Assembly: GCA_049999805.1 (NCBI GenBank)
Contig: JBNGIO010006113.1
Span: forward strand, 1-64,000
Direction: 5' to 3'
Length of the DNA stretch: 64,000 nt
From: Folioceros fuciformis
Taxonomy: Eukaryota
The notes below the pieces were generated by a model. It had not been told where the DNA came from, did no database searches, and worked only from the letters and a program-made list of their open reading frames with translations. This document shows, in pieces, positions 55,893 through 64,000 of the stretch. The number at the start of each line of letters is the position of its first letter. The first letter of the stretch is position 1. The position numbers and the translations under genes are program-made.

Positions 55893-58499
55893 ATGGCCAC
55901 TACTCGGCCACCGGACCCTTCGTGGACTCAGCAACTCGCTGTGTCAACGGGGATTCTACGAGGAGGAGTTCCCGCTCACCTCACCTCAGCGAGTGAACCC
56001 GTGGCAAACACCAAAGCCTTCAGGTGCAGCAGTGTACCAAGCCCAGAATTTTCACTTTCGGGAAAATGTTTGGGTGGGGAGGGATTCTCCTGGGATGGTG
56101 CTCGCCGGGTGCAGGAGCACTTGTGGCAACAGTTTTTTCTGGATCCTACCAGGTGGTGGGACAACAGACAAGATAAGAAGAGCCCGGGTGTGCCGGACTT
56201 CCGGCGTAAGGGGTCCAGTGAGGTCCTGTGGTTAAACAGTTTGCTCAAGCCAGCCTGGGTTGATGAGCAACTGGTGTCTTTGAAGTTGCAGATGGCTCAT
56301 AGTGCGTGTCCTTCCAGTGCCAGCTCTGTGGACAATCCTAAACGTGGCATGCGTGAAGGATCGGAAATGGACGTCGTAACTCCTGTCAGCGTGCGCACAT
56401 TATGTCAGCAGGGGAAGCTTTCTGAGGCCGTTGGAGCGCTGGAATCTCTGGCACAATCAGACTCTGCCATCTCGCAGACTCTGTTTTACACTGTGCTAAA
56501 ACTGTGCACAGCTAAGAAGGATCTGGTTGTGGGGCGACGAGTTCATGACCTCACTGTCAAACTTGGGTACGAGTCGGATGCATACTTGGGAAACCATCTC
56601 TTGCGCATGTATGCATCACGAGGTAGGCTGCAGGAGGCCATGGATGTGTTCACCAGGGTAGGCAAACCAAATGCCTTCATGTGGTTTTCCATAATCTCTG
56701 CATATGCTAAGCATGGGAAACCTAATGTGGCCATACAACTGTACCATGCGATGCGTAGATCAGGAGAGAAACCGGATGATTACGTCTTCGTAGCTGCCCT
56801 TCAAGCTTGTGCATTCGCCGCCGACTTGGAGTCTGGGAGAAAGGTGCACTCTGATGTTCTGCACAGTGGAATTTCTCCTGGTTTGTTTGTTGGAAACTGC
56901 CTGGTGGACATGTATGCCAAATGTGGCGATCTGGAAGATGCACGGAGGGCCTTTGAAAGCTTGGCCAGGAAGGATGTCGTGACATGGACGGCCCTGATTG
57001 CTGGTTATGCACAGCAGGGGCTCGGCCAAGAGGCCCTTGTTCTTTATGGGCAAATGGAGCAACAGGGCGTCGTCGCTAACGATGTAACTTTCGCTTGCCT
57101 TCTGAATGCCTGTGCAAGCGCCGGTGCTTTACAGAAGGGCAGGCAGCTGCACTCACAGATTGTTGAAAGAGGACTGCTGGACAACGTAGTGTTGGGCAAC
57201 TGCCTGGTGGACATGTATGCAAAATGTGGCGAGCTGGCAGTTGCACGCCAAGTTTTTGACAACTTGGCTACAAAGAATGTGGTGACATGGAATGCACTGT
57301 TGGCTGGGTATGCACAGCAAGGGCTCGGCCAAGAGGCACTTATTCTGTATGGTCAAATGGAACAGGAGGGCCTCATTTTTGCTGACCGTGTCACTTTTGC
57401 CTGCCTGCTGAAGTCCTGTGCAAGCACTGGTGCCTTACAGACAGGTAAGCAGTTGCACTCAGACATTGTGGAAAGAGGACTGCTGCATGACATTGTGTTA
57501 GGAACTTCCCTTGTGGACATGTATGCAAAATGTGGCGAACTGGATGCTGCGCGCCGGGTTTTTGATAGCTTGCCCAGGAAGGATGTGGTGACATGGACGG
57601 CTCTAATATCTGGGTATGGTGTTTGTGACCAAGGGTACAACGCAGTAGCTTGTTTTCAGGAGATGTTGGTCGCTGGTATCCAACCTAATGATGCGACGTT
57701 TCTTTCCCTGTTAGTAGCATGCAGTCACGAGGGACTGGTGCACGAGGGTCGCAAGCACTTTGCATCCATGACTGAGCAACATGGCATCAGACCTACATCT
57801 GATCATTACAATTGCATGATTGATCTTCTGGGGCGTGCAGGCCATTTAGATGAGGCTGAGAGCATGCTCTTATCATGCGAGTGCGGAAGCAACGTTGGGG
57901 GACTGACGTGTTTGCTGAATGCGTGCAAGAGTCACGGGGATATAGAGAGGGCGATACGGTGTTTTGACAGCATTGTTAGACTGGACCCTCAGTGGGCGTC
58001 TGCATATGTGCTCATGGCCAATGTCTACGCGGATGCAGGTAGGTGGACCGATGTACAGAGGATTGAAACACAGCGGCTGGCAGCAGGAGCCAGCAAGAAA
58101 CCTGCTGTGGCGGGCATTGAGGTGAAGCAGGAAGTACATACATTTGTGGTGGGCGAACACAGAGCTGACATTGCTCTCGTTTTGGACAGTGTGAGTGCTC
58201 GTCTGAAGCAAGAAGGGGGCCACGTACCTCACACGAAGTTGGTGTTGAAACCAGTGGGTGAGAAGGAAAAGGAAGATGCGCTTTGTGGGCATGCTGAGAA
58301 GCTTGCTCTGGCGTTCGGTCTCCTGAACACTCCGAAGGGCACTCCCCTGATGATAACCAAGAATCTACGCATGTGCAGTGATTGCCACAGTTCCACTGAG
58401 ATCATGTCAAGGGTCGAAAACAGAGATATTGTAGTAAGGGATGGATATCGTGTGCATCGATTCTGGGCTGGTTGTTGCAGCTGTCAGGGTCGGCCCTGA
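55893..58499 (+). CDS. PDF-motif + PLS-PPR + DYW:KP (GRP-type) protein, shortest paralogue
   Basis: PDF motif 56121-56273; three MYAKCG units; KKPAVAGIEV, HAEKLA, CSDCH, CSCQGRP*. Confidence 0.95.
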   Translation: MATTRPPDPSWTQQLAVSTGILRGGVPAHLTSASEPVANTKAFRCSSVPSPEFSLSGKCLGGEGFSWDGARRVQEHLWQQFFLDPTRWWDNRQDKKSPGVPDFRRKGSSEVLWLNSLLKPAWVDEQLVSLKLQMAHSACPSSASSVDNPKRGMREGSEMDVVTPVSVRTLCQQGKLSEAVGALESLAQSDSAISQTLFYTVLKLCTAKKDLVVGRRVHDLTVKLGYESDAYLGNHLLRMYASRGRLQEAMDVFTRVGKPNAFMWFSIISAYAKHGKPNVAIQLYHAMRRSGEKPDDYVFVAALQACAFAADLESGRKVHSDVLHSGISPGLFVGNCLVDMYAKCGDLEDARRAFESLARKDVVTWTALIAGYAQQGLGQEALVLYGQMEQQGVVANDVTFACLLNACASAGALQKGRQLHSQIVERGLLDNVVLGNCLVDMYAKCGELAVARQVFDNLATKNVVTWNALLAGYAQQGLGQEALILYGQMEQEGLIFADRVTFACLLKSCASTGALQTGKQLHSDIVERGLLHDIVLGTSLVDMYAKCGELDAARRVFDSLPRKDVVTWTALISGYGVCDQGYNAVACFQEMLVAGIQPNDATFLSLLVACSHEGLVHEGRKHFASMTEQHGIRPTSDHYNCMIDLLGRAGHLDEAESMLLSCECGSNVGGLTCLLNACKSHGDIERAIRCFDSIVRLDPQWASAYVLMANVYADAGRWTDVQRIETQRLAAGASKKPAVAGIEVKQEVHTFVVGEHRADIALVLDSVSARLKQEGGHVPHTKLVLKPVGEKEKEDALCGHAEKLALAFGLLNTPKGTPLMITKNLRMCSDCHSSTEIMSRVENRDIVVRDGYRVHRFWAGCCSCQGRP

Positions 58500-58939
58500 G
58501 AACCAACAGAGAAAGCTTTCTCCGTTGCATTGTCGATTACGTAGCCATTTCCCATACGAGTTGGGCACCGTATTCGGCTCCCCTTTGTTCAAGGACTCGA
58601 TACTGTGTGCCAACTGGCAGCGTTTGTCAATTGGTCTTCATCGTGGAGAAGATAGAACCTCAGCAAGGTTTCCCGCTCTTCCCATAGTGTCCGGCACAAC
58701 GTGAGCATCTTCGTCTTGAGGTACGGAAAGCGTCACCAGCCTAGGGATTGGGAATCTGTTGGCGTAGGGCTAGTGCGACTTTTTGCGTGTTTGCGTGCGC
58801 TGCGCCCGCCCGTGTGCTGCTAAGTGCATAACAAGCAAGGACACCTGTGCCACATGAGTGGGTGCAGTCATCGCCTACCTCGTGCATGGCCTTCTTGGCG
58901 CAGTGCAGTACATGTACGTCGACGTTCAGGTATTTTGGA

Positions 58940-59480
58940 CAGAACGGGAGCTCAGCAAGCGAAAAGGGCCGACACCTCCTGCATGTGTTTCTTCAGCACC
59001 TGCTCTTTCCCTGCATGGCTTTGGGCAAGCTGACAAATCTCGGCATACCTCGTCCAATTCACCTCATGATAATTCTCTGATCGCCTTTCATCTTCCAGAA
59101 TTTCAACATCGGCTTGGAAGATTTGCAGACCATCCAACTTTGCAGCTGAATACACAGCTCAGAGATCACAGTCTGGATGGTCCGGCGTTTGTGTCAAACC
59201 TTGCAGCTCATCAGACGCGCACGCAGCGCCGGCCTCCCGTGTGATGCGAATCAAGTATGACGATCAGGATATGGTGCAAGGACGCATGCAGCCTTTCTTG
59301 CGGGATGTCTTCAGCACCTGTTCCTGGCCTGCAACCTTGCCTCGCTTCCAGTCTTCTCGGGGTAAGCTAACCAAAATCCCGGTGTGCCTCTTCCAGTTCA
59401 CCACATTTGTAAACATATGCACCAGGCAAATGGCAACCAGTGTGTCACTTAGGTGTCCTCCCTTGCACAAACAGACCTTC
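58940..59480 (-). pseudogene. Decayed PPR fragments
   Basis: Minus strand TGCCTGGTGCATATGTTTACAAATGTGGTGAACTGGAAGAGGCAC resembles the S-motif DNA; frameshifted. Confidence 0.6.
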
Positions 59481-59636
59481 ACATAGGGCCAAAGAAGCCA
59501 CAAGCATGCTCTACCGCTCCATTTACCCGTTTCTTCAAACAAGAGAGCCACCGGCCCTGTCATGCTTCCACCAGAGTTTTCGCTCATGCTAGACATGGAC
59601 TTGCAAGACGAGCAGAACAATGCGAACGACCGTCTA

Positions 59637-59900
59637 ACAGATAGAGTTGCAAGACCGACAGACGCTCCACCACTACAGGTAGAGTTGCCAGACCAACAGA
59701 CGCTCCAACACTACAGATAGAGTTGCCAGACCAACAGAAGCTCCAACACTTACAACCGTGAGGCCGGTATGCAAAGATCAGCACTAGAGCCCGTGTGGCC
59801 GGATGTACAGGGCAACACTTCAGCCGTGAGGCCGGATGTACAGGGCAACACTATAGCCGTGAGGCTGGATGTACAGGGCAACACTACAGCCGTGAGGCCG
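59637..59900. repeat. Compound minisatellite: three 38-bp units then about four 33-bp units; diverged partial copy near 60230-60375
   Basis: ACAGATAGAGTTGCAAGACCGACAGACGCTCCACCACT-like x3; GCCGTGAGGCCGGATGTACAGGGCAACACTACA-like x4. Confidence 0.85.
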
Positions 59901-60841
59901 GGACGCACACCTCAACCACATGCACAACTCACCGTTCACACTCGCGCAGGTCGTGGATACGCACTCTCCACGTTTCGCAAGGTAGCCCCATTCCAAAATC
60001 AGAAATGCAAAATTTCAGAATGCAAATTTCTAAAGTAGTGGCACAAGTGTATAGTCATGATACGGCGCTGGCTATGTGATAACGAAATGGACGCACGCTA
60101 CTGAGTTGCCCAATATGGGCTGATCTTTCTGGAACGTGAAGTCTGGACAGTTCCAGTGACAACCACATCCTATCCTGTCCTGTCATGGATGCTGATTGCC
60201 ACCTGCAGACCAAGAAGAGCAGGCCCTCTGACAGATAGAGTTGCAAGACGAACAGACGCTCCAAAACTACAGCCGTGGGGCCGGGATGCAAAGCTCAACC
60301 TCGCGGGTGGGATGCACAGCCCAACTACTATGAGGCGAGGCCGGATGCACAGGTCAACATTGCAGCCGTGAGGCTGGGATGGAATGCGAATCTCAACCGC
60401 ATGCACATGCACTGCTTAACGTACACACTCGGGCAACTCCTGTAATGCGCACTCTCAATGCTGTCTACAATTCATACTTTGGGGCCACCTTTTGCTAGGT
60501 AGACCCGTTCCACAATTGAATACTGCTGGATTCCAAACTTTACCTTCGCAACATTGAGTTTGAATAATGGCTGAAACAGTAGACATTGCCGGCGATATGA
60601 TGACGAAAATTATGCAAGCTCCTGACGTGCCCAATATGGGATTATTTGTGTGGAAGGTTGCAGTGACAACCACATCCTATCCAGACCCGTCCTGTCATGG
60701 ATGCTGATTGCCACACTCAATGAAGGTACCCGACTAAGGGGCTAGCCAACTACAGTACTGTCTCCACTAAGGATTCCTCCAACAAACTTGCAAGGATTGA
60801 ATCTCTCAGGTTCCTGGTCTTGTCATGTTAGGAGAGAAACA

Positions 60842-60872
60842 TGGTGGTGGTGGTGGTGGTGGTGGTGGTGGT
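60842..60872. repeat. (TGG)n microsatellite, about 10 units
   Basis: Directly visible. Confidence 0.9.
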
Positions 60873-62066
60873 CGCCTTCCCTTTCATCTGCTGCGGTACA
60901 TGTGCAGATGAACGTGCACATAAGGCGCAGAAAGAAGACTAGTGTTCATGTCTTCACTCCCCTGTAATAATATGTATAATTCCTCTTGCATGGCCCTGTC
61001 CTGCCCTACCATCCTTCTCCCATCCTTCTTCCAAGCTGCCAGACTTTGCACACAGATACTCGCCACCAATTGCAAATTATCTTGATGGCAACAATTCAGC
61101 ACATCACCTAAGCTTCATGACCTCGTTCTCTCTGATCCGCACTAGAAGCTGCTGCTGTAGCTGAACACTTGCAGACGGGACTCCCTGTTGGGAATTTCGT
61201 AGCCCGCTATATCATGGCAATCCATATCTTTCTCAGCAAGCTCGCCCAAGTTAACACTCTCGGCAGCGCTCCCAACCGGCAAGCTAGCAGAAACGGGCGG
61301 CATCTCCTGTGACGCCCTTGCCGTCTTCCAGAGCTAGTTTCTGCTCGTGTTAGACATGGCCAGCAGGCCCTCCAACAGTACAGTACAGTACAGTACAGTT
61401 GCACTACAGCAGTGCCGCATACACAGCTCAAGGCGCGTGTGCTGCTAGCAGGATACACAATCGCTCAAAGGCGAGTTGGCGGCCGTGTCGTGTGTTTGCC
61501 GCAAGGCCATGCGCATATGATATGTTCGGCAGGTAACAACACAATAATGTTGGCTGCAAAGACTGTTGACCTTGACGGCCAGGTGAAGGTGTGACTCGCT
61601 ATAAACCCGAGTTGTAGAAACGCGCGTCTCACGCGTCCTCGTGGTCCTGCCTACACTCGAATCGAATACAATACAATCCAATCGAATCAGCGCCTTTATG
61701 CTGCTTAGAATTGTTGGTTAGAGGCCACCTGTTGCAGCGAGTGAGTTCGCCCCATTCCGAAATCAGAAGATCAAAACCAGAAATATTGTGTGAACTGACC
61801 GAGAAGCAAGCATCAACCTTCGTTCCAAAATCACGATTCTAGAGGAAGCGACACAGGCCATATCATAGCGGAGTGTGTGCATGCTGTATACTTCCTTGAT
61901 GTGGGATAATTCTTTTATGATAATCTCTGGCAACATGAAGTTTGGGAAGATTCCCGTCGCGTCACGTCGCAACCACACCTCCTGAAGTGTGAACCGCTAC
62001 CGGGCCACTTGGTCTACATAATTTTCTCCAACAAGCTTGCAAGACTGACCGAATCTCTCCGGTTCC

Positions 62067-64000
62067 TGTTAGAGATTCAATCCTCTAGTATATTAGGATA
62101 TACTTAGGATATTGCACTCTCGAGTCTAGGGCTTACCTTCTCCATAATTGCCTAGCTTAAGGGCTATATATGTAGCACCCTATGCACCATATTGCCTTGT
62201 ATTGTTGAGCCTATCTAAGCCAGTGGTGCTATTGCGTGTGCCATCCATAGCCTCTGCTTGTGTCTACTAATTGCATCCATAGCCTCTGCTTGTGTCTGCT
62301 AATTGTGTTGATCCTATCCGTTGCCCAGGCTGTGTTGTGTCTGAGCTGTTTCTTTCATGGTATCATAGCAGGAACACTAATCGTGAGACTTGATAAGAGA
62401 GGATGGAGTTGTGATGGCGATGGACTTAATAACCACCGCGGCCTTGAGGACACGGGTGTTTGATGGAAAGGAGTTTCATGTATGGAAAAGGTCCGTGAAG
62501 GTTTTGCTGATGGCAAAGGATGTGTATGTCATTGCTAAGGGCAAAGAGCCAAAACCCTAAGATGAGGGGAGAGAGTAAAGAGAATGGATGCAGAGAGACC
62601 ACTAGGGTACAGCTCTCCTATATATGAATCTCTCTACGATAGTCCAGCTGAAGGTCGGAGAACCAGACAAGGGCACGGAGTACATTTGGAATCTTCTCGA
62701 TTAGAAATATGGCTAGAAGGGAGTAGGTGAAGTATTTCACTTGTTTTGTCGTGTGACAAAATTGAAGTATTCAGACGGAGGCGATTTGCGAAAGCACATC
62801 GACATCTTTCACGAATTTTTTACAGCGCTAACATCAGCTAGCGAGCGCTTTGCTATCCATGAGGACATACAGAAGATGTTTCTATATCGTTCTATGCCCA
62901 AAGCTTGGTCAGGGTTCATAGATTTCCTAATAGCCCAAAACACTCTCACATGGGAGGAGGTCACCTCTAAGATGTTGGTGAAGGAGACTTGCCAATTGGA
63001 CACAATGGCAAGATTTTCAATAGGTCCGGAGCATGCGATGTTCATCAAGGGGAAGGGATGGAACAACCGGAACAAGGACAAGCAGGGGGAGTCCTCGCAG
63101 GGACAGAAGGACAAGAGAATAGTGAAGAGGGGACAATGCCGGAAATGCTTCAAGTATAGTCATTATGAGAAGGATTGCAAGGATCGGAAGACCGCACATC
63201 TCATGGAGGGTGAGAGTAAAGGTGAGGTTGTAGAGGCAAGGCTCGCAAAAGAAGTATCGCACGTGTGCTACAATACACAAGCGAAATGATACCTGACGAT
63301 AGATTCTGCATGTGCATCCTTTATGGTGAAGGATAAGGAGCTCCTTCAAGACTAAAGGGGGGAGAAGATAGCGGTGCACCTAGGGAACGATAGTGAGATA
63401 AGCGTCGAAGGTGTGGGGGGATACAGGCTCAGATTGCTGGACGGCGAGGTCAAGGCAATGGAAGGAGCGCTGTTTGTACAACACCTACGTAGAAATCTCA
63501 TGTCCATGGCACCATGGACCGATGGAGGTTTGAAAGTCCTTTTTACGAAGAAGGAAGTTTTGTTTCTGAAGACTGGTCAGATGCACGGCGATGTGGTGGC
63601 AAAAGGTTACTGTACAGGGAACTTGTAACAGATGGAGGTTTTGACAGTGTCGGAGAAAGGTGGAAATGCCTTACTGTGGCATAGATGATTTGGGCATACC
63701 AACTTGAAGTTTCTCCTAGAGATGGAGCGGAAGAAGCTTGTGACAAGAATGAAGCTTCAAAAGGCAGAACTTGGTCTGTGTGACGCTTGTATGAGAGGCA
63801 AGCATTCCCGAAGATCTTATATTTCAATCACGAAGAGAGGAAAAGAAGTCTTGGAACTTGTCCACTCTAATCTTTGCGGACCGATGCAAGTGGAAGCAAG
63901 GATGATACATGCAAGATACTATATTTTGTTTATCAATGACTACAGCAGAGAACAGCGGTGTACTTCCTGCGGACGAAGAGTGACGCTCTCCAAACATTTC
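62067..64000 (+). mobile_element. Ty1/copia retrotransposon E, degenerate, running off the window; 5' LTR 62067-62357
   Basis: TG...CA LTR; PBS TGGTATCATAGC at 62358-62369; gag with CRKCFKYSHYEKDC; decayed protease and integrase (LELVHSNLCGPM); many stops. Confidence 0.88.

Noticed and set aside
59637-59900. CRISPR-like array of 33-38-bp repeats
   Set aside because: Units are head-to-tail without unique spacers, there are no cas genes, and the context is eukaryotic.

Overview
Plant nuclear DNA, most likely from a hornwort; this is inferred from the GRP-ending DYW:KP and WW-type PPR proteins. 1-22.6 kb is transposon-dense. It holds a four-level nest of LTR retrotransposons with intact TSDs (copia A > copia B > copia C > solo LTR D), gypsy remnants, and a 5'-truncated RNase H-bearing LINE. 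The LINE ORF2 is cleanly split by a 1.54-kb ITS1-5.8S-ITS2-25S rDNA fragment. 23-59 kb is gene-rich: an orphan coiled-coil ORF, a spliced PLAC8/PCR gene, a truncated WW-type PLS-PPR, a nuclear rpl36, and a cluster of four intact plus about four decayed PLS-PPR-E1-E2-DYW:KP(GRP) genes (the class linked to U-to-C organellar RNA editing). The main finding is that every intact member of this cluster carries an N-terminal OSB-type PDF motif (LW..FF..P..WWDNR..K.....PDF.RK...VLWL....P.WV..QL), known as an ssDNA-binding motif of organellar OSB proteins. One copy has a remnant of a second PDF upstream, and repeat number steps by whole PLS triplets between paralogues. A further copia element starts at 62067. 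All calls come from reading the sequence by eye; no searches were run.
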